From positions 1-51,909 of the IMG/VR virus record IMGVR_UViG_3300009537_003043: a stretch of 51,909 nt of DNA. One strand, written 5' to 3'. This stretch comes from a virus. Its lineage: Duplodnaviria > Caudoviricetes. Position numbers and translations under genes: made by a program. The number at the start of each line of letters is the position of its first letter. Within the stretch, counting starts at the first letter, position 1. This document shows positions 1 through 8,263 of this stretch, piece after piece. A model generated the notes under the pieces. It was given only the letters and a program-made list of their open reading frames with translations, was not told the DNA's origin and made no database searches.

Positions 1-348
1 GGCATTTCGCTGGCCACGGTGGGCGGCGAGTGGTGGCAGGCTCACGCCGGCAGGTTGTGGCGCGACGGGGAAAATTATACGGTGGCCGGCGCCGACCTGT
101 TGTTGCGGTTCCGGCGTCCGACCGTCTGGTCCGTGTTTGGGTTCGGCGTGTCAAATTGGGATCGCCGCACGGAGCGGCTTGGCTCAACCCAGGAGTTTCA
201 CATGTTGGTGCGCCTGGGCACGCAATTGGGTGATTTGCTGGCGTTTCTCTCACTTGACCATTGGAGTAACGGAAGTGCGGTGCTGAACACTCCGGAACCG
301 AATGGTGGCGAGGATTTCGCCGGCGCCGGAATCGGCTGGAGGTTTTGA
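1..348 (+). CDS. PagL-like lipid A 3-O-deacylase (outer-membrane beta-barrel), 5' partial
   Basis: Frame 1 is open from base 1; RLGSTQEF, HWSNG and PNGGEDF match the PagL pattern LGS-x-x-x-F / H-x-S-N / N-x-G-x-E(N); ends GIGWRF with a terminal Phe (beta-signal). Confidence 0.7.
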   Translation, partial: GISLATVGGEWWQAHAGRLWRDGENYTVAGADLLLRFRRPTVWSVFGFGVSNWDRRTERLGSTQEFHMLVRLGTQLGDLLAFLSLDHWSNGSAVLNTPEPNGGEDFAGAGIGWRF

Positions 349-554
349 TGAACACAATCCTAGTTTGGCTTTCCTGCTGTTTGATCCTCGTGGCTGCGTG
401 GTCTCGCTGGGAAAGCGAGGTATCCATGCTAGACCCTGTCCTGCTACTGCTGGGGGCCGTCTGGTGCCTGTCGGTGGCGCGGTATTTTCGGCCAGCGGCG
501 GAACGGCGGCGGAACATTCCGCGGTGGAGGCAGCGGGAGCACGACCCGCAATGA
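345..554 (+). CDS. Small membrane protein (2 hydrophobic segments, basic C-tail), lysis region
   Basis: ATGA overlap with the upstream stop; two hydrophobic stretches. Confidence 0.55.
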   Translation: MMNTILVWLSCCLILVAAWSRWESEVSMLDPVLLLLGAVWCLSVARYFRPAAERRRNIPRWRQREHDPQ

Positions 555-724
555 AAGCCGTGTTATGGGTTCTGCTGGCGCTGCTGGTGGCTTCCCTCGC
601 CATGTGGATGCAGGCGGAGCGGGGCATGTCCCGCTGGGATTACCGTGTTGTCTGCGAAAGGTACTGGGTGATTGCCTGGAATGAGGGCCGCGGAGAACCG
701 GAAATGGTGCGGGTTTGCAAATAA
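551..724 (+). CDS. Small N-anchored membrane protein
   Basis: ATGA overlap; MKAVLWVLLALLVASLAMW hydrophobic N-terminus. Confidence 0.55.
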   Translation: MKAVLWVLLALLVASLAMWMQAERGMSRWDYRVVCERYWVIAWNEGRGEPEMVRVCK

Positions 725-743
725 CCTCAGGAAAGGAAATGTG

Positions 744-1046
744 ATGAATTTACTGATGATGGTTGTCAAGGCCGTTGGCCCCGTCTTGGTCGGCCGGGCC
801 GCGCAGTCCCTCGACACCGAGCACGGCACCAGCGTTGTGCCCGGCGCGAAAGGGATGCTCACATCCAAAACCGCCGTGGGGATTCTCGTGGCAGTACTAC
901 CGCTGTTGTGGCGGGCGCTGGGGTGGGAGTTCGCGGAGGCGGAAACCCAGGCCATCGCCGAGCAACTGGTGCAGCTGGGCGGGCTGGCCCTGGCCCTCTA
1001 CGGGCGCATCGACGCGGGCCGCACCGGGACGCCAATGTTCAAGTGA
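744..1046 (+). CDS. Holin-like membrane protein
   Basis: SD aaagga; SKTAVGILVAVL and LGGLALALYGRI hydrophobic segments resembling a common phage holin-like family. Confidence 0.6.
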   Translation: MNLLMMVVKAVGPVLVGRAAQSLDTEHGTSVVPGAKGMLTSKTAVGILVAVLPLLWRALGWEFAEAETQAIAEQLVQLGGLALALYGRIDAGRTGTPMFK

Positions 1047-1076
1047 CCGGCCCCCTGCCGCCCGGCGGGCGCGATT

Positions 1077-1101
1077 GACCACGGCCTGGAGGTGTGGTTT
1101 T
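1077..1101 (+). terminator. Possible intrinsic terminator closing the late block
   Basis: Imperfect hairpin accac-g-gcct-gg-aggt-gtggt followed by T residues, between convergent genes. Confidence 0.35.
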
Positions 1102-1157
1102 AGGGCGCGTGGGTGCTCAATCTCCTGAACGGGGTCCCTGGTGGGGGATGATCTGGA

Positions 1158-1904
1158 CTAAAACAACTTTTCCTGCGCCAGTCGCCGGGCCGCCATTTCG
1201 CAGTAGCGCTCTTCGATTTCAATGCCAATGGCGCGGCGAGCGAGCGTTTTGGCCGCGACCAGCGTTGTTCCTGCGCCCGCGAAAGGATCAAGGACAAGAT
1301 CGGATGGTGCGGAGTGCAGCGAGATAAACAACTCCATGAGCGCAGGCGGCTTCGGCGTTGGGTGCCCGTCGGCCGACGGTTTGATGCCCGAAATGCGAAC
1401 AACGTTTGCCTGTGTGTGCCCCCCATACCATTTGCAGGCTGCACCCGGCTTTTCGCCAACAAGAATTAGCTCATAGTTCCGCCGATAATGCCAGCCCATT
1501 CCAAGCCCACCTTTATCCCACACCACGGCCTGTTTGAAGCCCACCGCTTCATCCAACCATAGCGACCACCGCGCGAATTGCGGGTCCGGCCCGCCGCCGC
1601 CGGCGCAGCAGCAGCAGCAGCAGCAGCCAGGTTTCAGAAGCCTTTTTGCCTCGCCAAACATCCAGAGCACCAGACCATTCGCCTCTGGCCCATCGTTTGC
1701 GATTGGCCGCGCATCGTTATCTGTGGTTTTTCTGATTCCGAGTGCTGATTCCCGCCGATGGGCAAGGTCACCGTTGTTGTTGTTGTGCCCGTAGGGAGGA
1801 TCGGTAAGAATCTGCTCGACACTGCTATCCGGCAGCCCCGGCAGCACGTCCCGGCAGTCCCCGTGGTAAATCGTGATCCCGGCGTGCTCGTAATATGGTT
1901 TCAT
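1158..1904 (-). CDS. DNA amino-methyltransferase (N4-C/N6-A, beta class)
   Basis: IYHGDC, TDPPYG, HPTPKP, VLDPFAGAGTT and IGIEIE motifs; start at MKPYY. Confidence 0.93.
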   Translation of the reverse strand: MKPYYEHAGITIYHGDCRDVLPGLPDSSVEQILTDPPYGHNNNNGDLAHRRESALGIRKTTDNDARPIANDGPEANGLVLWMFGEAKRLLKPGCCCCCCCAGGGGPDPQFARWSLWLDEAVGFKQAVVWDKGGLGMGWHYRRNYELILVGEKPGAACKWYGGHTQANVVRISGIKPSADGHPTPKPPALMELFISLHSAPSDLVLDPFAGAGTTLVAAKTLARRAIGIEIEERYCEMAARRLAQEKLF

Positions 1905-1911
1905 CGGGCTC

Positions 1912-2142
1912 CTAGAGCAGGCCCATCCCGCCCGGCACGGTGTATCCCGTGGCCGGATTGGCCGCGTAGGCCGTGGGCCTGGCCGGCATGGCGTCCGGCA
2001 GCCGTTCGATCTGCCCGCCCCGGGCAAGGAACGCGGCCACCGCCATCTCCACCTGCGCCTGCGTGGGCGGCGGAGTGCGGTAGCTGTTCACGAACGTGAG
2101 TTCCACGCGATTATCCTGCTGTCCCCGCTTTAACTTCGGCAT
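1912..2142 (-). CDS. SutA-like RNA-polymerase-binding domain protein
   Basis: SD aaggag; AVAAFLARGGQIERLP resembles the SutA core (xxEEFLxxGGxV). Confidence 0.55.
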   Translation of the reverse strand: MPKLKRGQQDNRVELTFVNSYRTPPPTQAQVEMAVAAFLARGGQIERLPDAMPARPTAYAANPATGYTVPGGMGLL

Positions 2143-2252
2143 TGGCTTCTCCTTGGTGAGGATTCCCCGCCGGGGCGCGCGCCGCCGCGCATCCTCTTTA
2201 TCCATGCGGATATAGTGCGCGATGATCGGGTGCGTGTAGATGTAGCGGGGCA

Positions 2253-3014
2253 TCAGTCCCCACACATTCCTGAATCGCAAAAGTTGTAGTCGTTTGGATC
2301 GGGATTTCCACGCGCCCATTCTACAACAGCCCGAATACCAACCGCGCCTTTGTGCCGTTTGGGGGAAAACATCACGCGGGGGTTGCCCTTGCTATTTATC
2401 CCAGCATCAGCCTCCATTCTTTCAATCTCAGCAATCCGTTTCTCTGGCAAATCAAGCAAGTCAGGTTTCGCGGCGTTCACACAAGGAAAACATTCTCGGC
2501 TGCGATGAGGAAGCGGGCGAAATGGGGTTTTAGCAAGGAGAGCGTCACGGTCCCATTGCTGGTGTCTGACAAGAGGCGCCCAAAGTGACCGCCCGCCGTG
2601 ATTTGCACTTTCTTCAATCCATTCTGGAAAGTTTGCGCGGCCTTGACTTTCAGCGCGACGGATTCCGACCATACAGGTTGCCTCTTTATCAGGATCGTGT
2701 CGGTCAAGCCATGTTAGCGCCGGAATGAGTTTAAGGTTTTCTGTGCAAAACTGATATTTCCTGCCCCCTCCGCGAGGCCATGCCTTTTTGCGAGCCAACA
2801 AATTGGCCATTCCCTCGCTCTCGGTTTGTGCCGTGCTAAATCCAATTGTCGCGGCCCACTTTTCACCCTTGGCAACCCTCATCGGCCATAAAGCATCAGC
2901 CCAGCCGGTGTCTGAGTACAGTACCGTGACCGCTGCTGGTGAACGTAAATTTTCATATGCCCATTGAATCAACGCAACACTATCGTTCCCGTAACTCGCA
3001 AAAAGTACGTACAT
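2253..3014 (-). CDS. PAPS-reductase family (PP-loop) protein with Cys clusters
   Basis: SYGNDS PP-loop, DTG, FCTENLK, GIRRAES, ECFPC, C-terminal CDSGMC; TGATG coupling to the upstream gene. Confidence 0.85.
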   Translation of the reverse strand: MYVLFASYGNDSVALIQWAYENLRSPAAVTVLYSDTGWADALWPMRVAKGEKWAATIGFSTAQTESEGMANLLARKKAWPRGGGRKYQFCTENLKLIPALTWLDRHDPDKEATCMVGIRRAESQGRANFPEWIEESANHGGRSLWAPLVRHQQWDRDALLAKTPFRPLPHRSRECFPCVNAAKPDLLDLPEKRIAEIERMEADAGINSKGNPRVMFSPKRHKGAVGIRAVVEWARGNPDPNDYNFCDSGMCGD

Positions 3015-4036
3015 CACCTCTCCATAATCGTCGGGATTCCCGCCGCAAACATCAGGCGCCGCCACGCTTCCGCCGCCGCCGGGGGGTAGACGCCGTTGCC
3101 TGCGACACGGATTTGAGCAGCCCGACGGGCCAGCCCATCAGCACCTCGCAAAACCGCGGGTTCAATACCAGGGTAGCGCCGGAGGTACTCGCTCCACCCT
3201 TCGAGGTCATCAGGTCCGGGTGGGCTCGGCAAAATTCCCCCACCTGTTCCGACAACGGGCGCGCGTTCCGGGCATGGGTTGTCTCTGACGCATGGATTGA
3301 CCGCCAATCCCGCGCTGTCAGGGCCGCACATCTTGCGGCTTGCGCCGGAAGCGGCTCCCCACCCGCTCCGAATTTCTGGTTCGGGCCGCCCTTTGCCTCG
3401 TCCGTTGCTCGAATCGACGCCCAGCGGTTCGCCGCCGTTTGCAGGTTCAGCCCGCCTTGCCGTCCTTGATTCCCCACCCCTCTTCCTGCCGCGGCCGTGA
3501 CGAGCGGCCAGCGCGAACCACCGCTTGCGAAGTTGTGAAGCCCCGCATTCCGCAGCGGATACAACGTCCCATCGGAGATCATACCCGACGCCGGCCACTT
3601 CGCGTTCAACGGCGGGGAGCCATTTTCGGATTCCGGGCCAGACGTTCTCAAGGAATAGGAGATCGGGCTGGATTTCTGCGGCCAGGCGCATGATCTGGAA
3701 GAAAAGGCGGCTCCGCTCTCCCTCCAGACCCGCGCGGCGGCTTGCCGTGCTGAGGTCCTGGCATGGGAATCCCGCCACGATGCAATCCACCGATCCACGC
3801 CAGGGTCGCCCGTCGAGGCCGTTGACATCCCCCTGGTAGATCGGCGCCCAGTCGAGCCAGCCCCAGTCAATCCCGCCACGGAGAACCGCAACTGCATCGG
3901 GGTCGATCTCACAGTAGGCGATGGGGCGGAGCCATGGGCGTAGTCCTGCATCCAGGCCGCCACCGCCCGATCCGATGCTGATGCTGGTAAGTCGGGGATC
4001 ATCCACATCTGTGTTCAAGGGTATCGGCCATTTCAC
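3014..4036 (-). CDS. C5-cytosine DNA methyltransferase, alpha part (motifs I-VIII and X)
   Basis: GSGGGGLDAG, YCEID, GFPCQDLS, LENV, QLRKRWF, AGNGV; the true start may be the GTG near 4006. Confidence 0.88.
   Translation of the reverse strand: MKWPIPLNTDVDDPRLTSISIGSGGGGLDAGLRPWLRPIAYCEIDPDAVAVLRGGIDWGWLDWAPIYQGDVNGLDGRPWRGSVDCIVAGFPCQDLSTASRRAGLEGERSRLFFQIMRLAAEIQPDLLFLENVWPGIRKWLPAVEREVAGVGYDLRWDVVSAAECGASQLRKRWFALAARHGRGRKRGGESRTARRAEPANGGEPLGVDSSNGRGKGRPEPEIRSGWGAASGASRKMCGPDSAGLAVNPCVRDNPCPERAPVVGTGGGILPSPPGPDDLEGWSEYLRRYPGIEPAVLRGADGLARRAAQIRVAGNGVYPPAAAEAWRRLMFAAGIPTIMER
3052..3828 (-). CDS. Overlapping alternative-frame C5-MTase beta part (TRD-like repeats plus motif IX); start uncertain
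   Basis: Long open frame nested in the MTase gene; WPASGMISDG, TARDWRS and LNPRFCEVLMGWP (motif IX-like, absent from the alpha frame). Confidence 0.7.
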   Translation of the reverse strand: MSTASTGDPGVDRWIASWRDSHARTSARQAAARVWRESGAAFSSRSCAWPQKSSPISYSLRTSGPESENGSPPLNAKWPASGMISDGTLYPLRNAGLHNFASGGSRWPLVTAAAGRGVGNQGRQGGLNLQTAANRWASIRATDEAKGGPNQKFGAGGEPLPAQAARCAALTARDWRSIHASETTHARNARPLSEQVGEFCRAHPDLMTSKGGASTSGATLVLNPRFCEVLMGWPVGLLKSVSQATASTPRRRRKRGGA

Positions 4037-4151
4037 GGCACAATTCTTCCTCTGTAATCGAGGGGTCCCGGGTGAGCAATTTCAAATTGAGTAGTTTTGC
4101 GCCCCCATCCGCTGGGAAAAGGGCACTCATCAAACGTTCTTTCTCGCTCAT
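3999..4151 (-). CDS. Hypothetical protein
   Basis: MSEKERL..., coupled to the upstream stop, SD gagggg. Confidence 0.5.
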   Translation of the reverse strand: MSEKERLMSALFPADGGAKLLNLKLLTRDPSITEEELCREMADTLEHRCG

Positions 4152-4600
4152 CACCCCTCTCCATTCATCGCTAGGAGGGGCCACAGCCGCTCTTTGTGGC
4201 GGGCCATGACCGCCATCGCGTACAGCATCCCCACACCTTTTGTGTAACGGGTGGGGCCGGCGTAGGGCGCCCGCGGCCCCTGGTTGTAGCAGTGGGCCAG
4301 CCGACTCACCCGCCAACCCCACCGAGCGCGGCATTGCCGCAGTATCTCCAGTGCCCATGCCCGGTTGACCCCCGGCTCCCACAGGTCGGCAATGCGTCCC
4401 CGGTACCCCGCCGCAATCGCTGACCATGCTTTGATCTGGCACCGGCCAATCTCCCCGTCGCGCCCCGGCGTGTTGTCGGGATCGGCCAAGCCCCGCGTCT
4501 CCCACGCATCACAGATAACATCGCGCAGGAGCGGAATGTCCGTCGCGCTCGCAGCCGATGGCCACATCAGCAGGGCCGCGAGGATGAGGAGGCGGGTCAT
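4151..4600 (-). CDS. Lytic transglycosylase (SLT-like) with signal peptide
   Basis: Sec-type signal ending ASA; catalytic E in AWET, GRCQI (GLMQ-like), YNQG (AYNAG-like). Confidence 0.8.
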   Translation of the reverse strand: MTRLLILAALLMWPSAASATDIPLLRDVICDAWETRGLADPDNTPGRDGEIGRCQIKAWSAIAAGYRGRIADLWEPGVNRAWALEILRQCRARWGWRVSRLAHCYNQGPRAPYAGPTRYTKGVGMLYAMAVMARHKERLWPLLAMNGEG

Positions 4601-4854
4601 GTGAGCCCATCCCCCTTGCGCCGCTGAATGTAGTAATCGAACGCCGCTTGCTGGAATGCCCCCAGGACGTAGGTGCGATTTTCCTGCACCCCAACGTTCC
4701 CGCTTCTTACTGTCCCGTCCTGCTCAAAAACCAAATACACGATGCTCCGCAACGCGCCGGATTTTGCCTGGGCCAACAATTCCTCCAGGCACTCCACGAG
4801 TTCGGGAATGGGCGCAGAGCGCACGGCTTCGAGGGATATTGGTTTGTCGGTCAT
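4597..4854 (-). CDS. Hypothetical protein
   Basis: ATGA-type coupling within the operon. Confidence 0.7.
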   Translation of the reverse strand: MTDKPISLEAVRSAPIPELVECLEELLAQAKSGALRSIVYLVFEQDGTVRSGNVGVQENRTYVLGAFQQAAFDYYIQRRKGDGLT

Positions 4855-5045
4855 GGCGTTCTCCTTAGGTCGGCCAGGGCGCGTGTTAAATCCATCGACG
4901 CACGCCGCAGTGCCCCGCCTTCGCGTGATCCAGAAATCGTCATGCGATTCTCCTCACTCTTCAACCGCTTCTCGTAGGCACGCACCCGGTCAATAAAACG
5001 GTGCGCCTCTTTTTTGGCTGTTTCAATCAAGTCGCGGTTCATCAT
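4851..5045 (-). CDS. Hypothetical protein
   Basis: SD aaggag; overlaps both neighbours by 4 nt. Confidence 0.7.
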   Translation of the reverse strand: MMNRDLIETAKKEAHRFIDRVRAYEKRLKSEENRMTISGSREGGALRRASMDLTRALADLRRTP

Positions 5046-5869
5046 TTCTCCTTCTTCGCAGCGAGGCAGCCGGGTTTGTGGGTTTCGGGGAACCCCGTTG
5101 TCCCATCCCATGAGGCCAAACACACACGGCAGAGCCAACTCCCAGCTACACGGTGAATGACGTATGCGCGATACGCCTCCAGCAGCGCGGCATTCTCGGC
5201 TTCAAGCTCCTTAACCCTTTTCGCATTGTCGCCTTGAGCGTGCAAGCGGCGCACCGCATCGCTCCACCAACGGTCTCGCTCATTGTAGGCGGCTTGCAGC
5301 GCCCGGTACGCCCGCGATTGACGCCGGGACTTTGCCCGAAGGGCCTTGGCCTCGGCCTCCAGTTTCAGGGCGCTTTTGGCTTCAATGTCGAATGCTTTTC
5401 TCCATGAATCAGCCTCAGCCTCCGCAGTATCGGCGCGAGCTTTCTCCTGCTCTCGCTCATCCATTGCGTACCCGTAGTCAGTCTGGGCCTGATCGTAGAT
5501 GTTTTGGAGGTCTGCCACAGTTTTTCTTAGCGCCCTGACATTATTTATCAGCTTCTTGATCCTGTGCTCGTATCCGTGGTCGTATCCACGCCACCAGCCG
5601 GGGCATGCGGCGTCCGTTCCGTCGAAAAGCGTGCCGGGGACAGGCTTGCCGTCCAGTTCCCCTTTGTATTCGCCGCGGCAGATGGAGCGAGCCCCCCGCT
5701 CCCCCGCCATCTTGTTCGCGATGATTTGGGCAATTTCTTCTGCTGTTGTAGTCTCCACCACAACCGCGCGAATGTGAGCAAGGGTAAGCGCCCCATCCAA
5801 ACGACTGCATATCAGTGCGCAGATTTCCCCCGCAGCTTCGCGGTCGGCTTTGGTTGGGCTGTGTTTCAC
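5042..5869 (-). CDS. Hypothetical coiled-coil protein with C-terminal CxxC...HxxxC zinc motif
   Basis: Operon coupling; heptad-rich middle; CRVC and HKPGC. Confidence 0.7.
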   Translation of the reverse strand: MKHSPTKADREAAGEICALICSRLDGALTLAHIRAVVVETTTAEEIAQIIANKMAGERGARSICRGEYKGELDGKPVPGTLFDGTDAACPGWWRGYDHGYEHRIKKLINNVRALRKTVADLQNIYDQAQTDYGYAMDEREQEKARADTAEAEADSWRKAFDIEAKSALKLEAEAKALRAKSRRQSRAYRALQAAYNERDRWWSDAVRRLHAQGDNAKRVKELEAENAALLEAYRAYVIHRVAGSWLCRVCLASWDGTTGFPETHKPGCLAAKKEK

Positions 5870-6165
5870 GCCTTTTCCTCCTGTTCATTGAGCCGCGCGG
5901 CTTCGGACCGGGCAGCGGCTTCGGGGATTGGAGCCCATCCCTCTAGTTTTCGATCCCATACCCACCACGACGCCACAGTTCCGACCGTTTCCGAGAGGTA
6001 GATTCTCGCCTCATACCTTTCCGGCTCTTCGATGATGCGGACGCGGGCGGACTTAGCGTTGTAGAGGTGGGCTGCTTTCAGCGCCATTTCTTGTGTTGAA
6101 TAATCCCGTGAGGTGATGTTGGGAGCCGTTACCCTCCACCGGATTTCGCCTTTTCCCTCGGTCAT
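5866..6165 (-). CDS. Hypothetical protein
   Basis: SD ggag; coupled to the next gene. Confidence 0.65.
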   Translation of the reverse strand: MTEGKGEIRWRVTAPNITSRDYSTQEMALKAAHLYNAKSARVRIIEEPERYEARIYLSETVGTVASWWVWDRKLEGWAPIPEAAARSEAARLNEQEEKA

Positions 6166-6199
6166 TTTTGCTCCAAGTCGTCAGAAAGAGTTTATGGGA

Positions 6200-6679
6200 T
6201 CAGCCCGCAGCACGCGCCACGGGCCAAATACAGTCATCTAAACGTTGATCTAGTGCGCGCTCGGCGGGCCAATAAACAAACTCGGCGGTATCGTCGCTGC
6301 CAACGATGCCGGAACGGCTACATTTTTCATGATGCTGAATATCGTATGGACCTACATTTACATTCCAGGCATATACCTCCCGCGCACATTCAAGGCACGT
6401 CCATGAGAGAATTTCCCCTCGGTAGGAATATGAGGCTGTTATTCCTGCTGGCACTCTATATCTGAAGGCAGGCGGTGGGTCTGCTTCGGGGCCAGTTAAC
6501 AAGCGCAGAACAATTGCACCGGGTATTCCCAATATAGCCACGGGAATTAAAACCGGCCCCCACAGTAGCCCAGCGGCTAGGCGTGCGAGTGGATACTGTG
6601 CAGCATCTTCCCAATTAACCAGCAGGGACATGGCCGCTCCGAACCACACCAAACCCGCCGCAATCATCCACTCAGTCAT
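6200..6679 (-). CDS. Membrane protein with C-terminal zinc-ribbon-like motif
   Basis: SD ggagggg; 2 hydrophobic segments; CLEC...HHEKC. Confidence 0.65.
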   Translation of the reverse strand: MTEWMIAAGLVWFGAAMSLLVNWEDAAQYPLARLAAGLLWGPVLIPVAILGIPGAIVLRLLTGPEADPPPAFRYRVPAGITASYSYRGEILSWTCLECAREVYAWNVNVGPYDIQHHEKCSRSGIVGSDDTAEFVYWPAERALDQRLDDCIWPVARAAG

Positions 6680-6891
6680 TTCCCCTCCCTTCGGTTGGGG
6701 TTGGTGCGACGTTCTGTACGATTCCCTATGTCTTGCGGCCAAACGCGCCGCTCGCAATGCACGCCGTCACAAGGAGACGGCGGTTGCGGGCGCTCATCAC
6801 TGTGGTGAGGCCACACCTTGGGCCTCGTACAGAGACACCAGTCTGAAAATTCATGGGTTGGCCGCCCCGCCGGGCATTTGTGGTCGGTCAT
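6676..6891 (-). CDS. Small Cys/His-rich hypothetical protein
   Basis: MTDHKC..., 4-nt overlaps on both sides. Confidence 0.5.
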   Translation of the reverse strand: MTDHKCPAGRPTHEFSDWCLCTRPKVWPHHSDERPQPPSPCDGVHCERRVWPQDIGNRTERRTNPNRREGK

Positions 6892-7283
6892 GCCCTCACC
6901 TCCGGATAATCGTCGTGCGTTCCCCGGGGAGCGGCCCTCCTGGCCCCACATCGCACGCAGGTGCCATCCACCCAGCGGTGGTACCGTCCCCGCTTCTTCC
7001 CGCGGTGGGCGGCGGCCATCTTCGCCCGCGCCTCGGGGGTGTGCTTCTTCCCGCGTTGGGCGGCGGAAACCTTCGCCCGCGTCTCGGGGGTGTGAGACCG
7101 CGGCTGACTGACGGCCGCATCGGCCGGGCGGTAGCAGCCCGGCGTCTCGCACAGCAGCCCGGGCGGCGCCTCCTGCCAGCAGTGCCGACCCGGCGTCTCC
7201 CGCTCCACCTCCGCCCGGTGCCGCACGCACAGCACCAGGGTCAGGATGGCCTCGCGGGGAACCTGTTTCAGCGTCGCGCCCAT
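6888..7283 (-). CDS. NUMOD3-motif DNA-binding protein
   Basis: Two 17-aa repeats HTPETRAKVSAAQRGKK and HTPEARAKMAAAHRGKK, flanked by Cys pairs. Confidence 0.7.
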   Translation of the reverse strand: MGATLKQVPREAILTLVLCVRHRAEVERETPGRHCWQEAPPGLLCETPGCYRPADAAVSQPRSHTPETRAKVSAAQRGKKHTPEARAKMAAAHRGKKRGRYHRWVDGTCVRCGARRAAPRGTHDDYPEVRA

Positions 7284-7286
7284 GCC

Positions 7287-8219
7287 TCACTCCGTCAGGT
7301 GGCGGGGCATCTCCCGCACGCGCAGGTCCGCGGGCCACTCGGCCATGTCGCCGCCCTTGGAGTGGCGGAACTTGGGCTGCGCGGGCTCCCGGTCGTTCAC
7401 CAGCGCACCCGTGTCTGCCCAGGGGTCGATGGGATTGGCCCCAAGCTGTTTGACAAAACAGGCCACGCCAGCGGCCTTGCAGTCTGCGATGGTGTTGCGC
7501 GCCCAGTGCAAATTGAAGGGCCGCGCATCGGGGCCGGACTCGCCGCCCATCACGATCCAGTCGAGGCGCTGCGGGCCGGGCCGAAGCGCATCGAGCCCCC
7601 CTTTGGCGTGAGCGACAAGCCGCGTAAAATCCACCGGCCCCAGGGCGGGCTCATAGGACACCCACCGTATGGCCGCCGGGGTATCCAACAGCGCCGGAAT
7701 CCGCTCGTCCGCCGTGGCCTGGTCCTCCACCGAGACCCCAAGCCAGACGTTGGGGAGGGGATTGTAGTAGATTCCGCCGATACCGTTAGGGTCGGCGGCG
7801 TCAATAGCCGCTCCCTGCATCGACGTCGTTAAATACTTCCGCATCCGCCCCGCCCGCTTGGTGAGCACCTGGTAGGTGTGGTGGGGCGTCAGCGCCATCA
7901 CGGCGAAAATGCGGTCGATCCAGGCGTCCGGCACGGACGGGTGGAACAGGTCGCTCATGCTGTTGACAAACACCCGCCGGGGCTTCCGCCAGCGCAGGGG
8001 CACCTCCAGGTCTTTCTCGACCAGCCGCACCTCGCCCGTCCACACCGGACGCCCGTTTATCTTCTTCACCAGCCCCTCGTAGGGCTGACCCGGCCCGCTG
8101 AACCGCCATGCCTGCCGCATTGCGTAGCAGTTCCGGCACCCTTCGCTCTCCAGCGAGCAGCCCCGAATCGGATTCCACACGCTCTCCGTCCACTCGATCT
8201 TGCTCTTGCTTGCGGTCAT
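7287..8219 (-). CDS. DUF5131 / phage Gp37-Gp68 family protein
   Basis: SKIEWTE, WNPIRGC-x6-C-x2-CYA, FVNSMSDLFH, LTKR, NVWLGVSVEDQ, GGESG, FVKQLG. Confidence 0.93.
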   Translation of the reverse strand: MTASKSKIEWTESVWNPIRGCSLESEGCRNCYAMRQAWRFSGPGQPYEGLVKKINGRPVWTGEVRLVEKDLEVPLRWRKPRRVFVNSMSDLFHPSVPDAWIDRIFAVMALTPHHTYQVLTKRAGRMRKYLTTSMQGAAIDAADPNGIGGIYYNPLPNVWLGVSVEDQATADERIPALLDTPAAIRWVSYEPALGPVDFTRLVAHAKGGLDALRPGPQRLDWIVMGGESGPDARPFNLHWARNTIADCKAAGVACFVKQLGANPIDPWADTGALVNDREPAQPKFRHSKGGDMAEWPADLRVREMPRHLTE

Positions 8220-8263
8220 TGCTCGCCTCAATCGTTATTTGCTGTCAGCCTCCCCGCAGGGGA

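Noticed and set aside
345-724. Spanin pair
   Set aside because: WLSC is not a canonical lipobox and neither protein has a long periplasmic coiled coil
2253-3014. Sulfur-assimilation auxiliary gene (cysH) or complete Dnd system
   Set aside because: Context is DNA modification and no other cys or dnd genes are present
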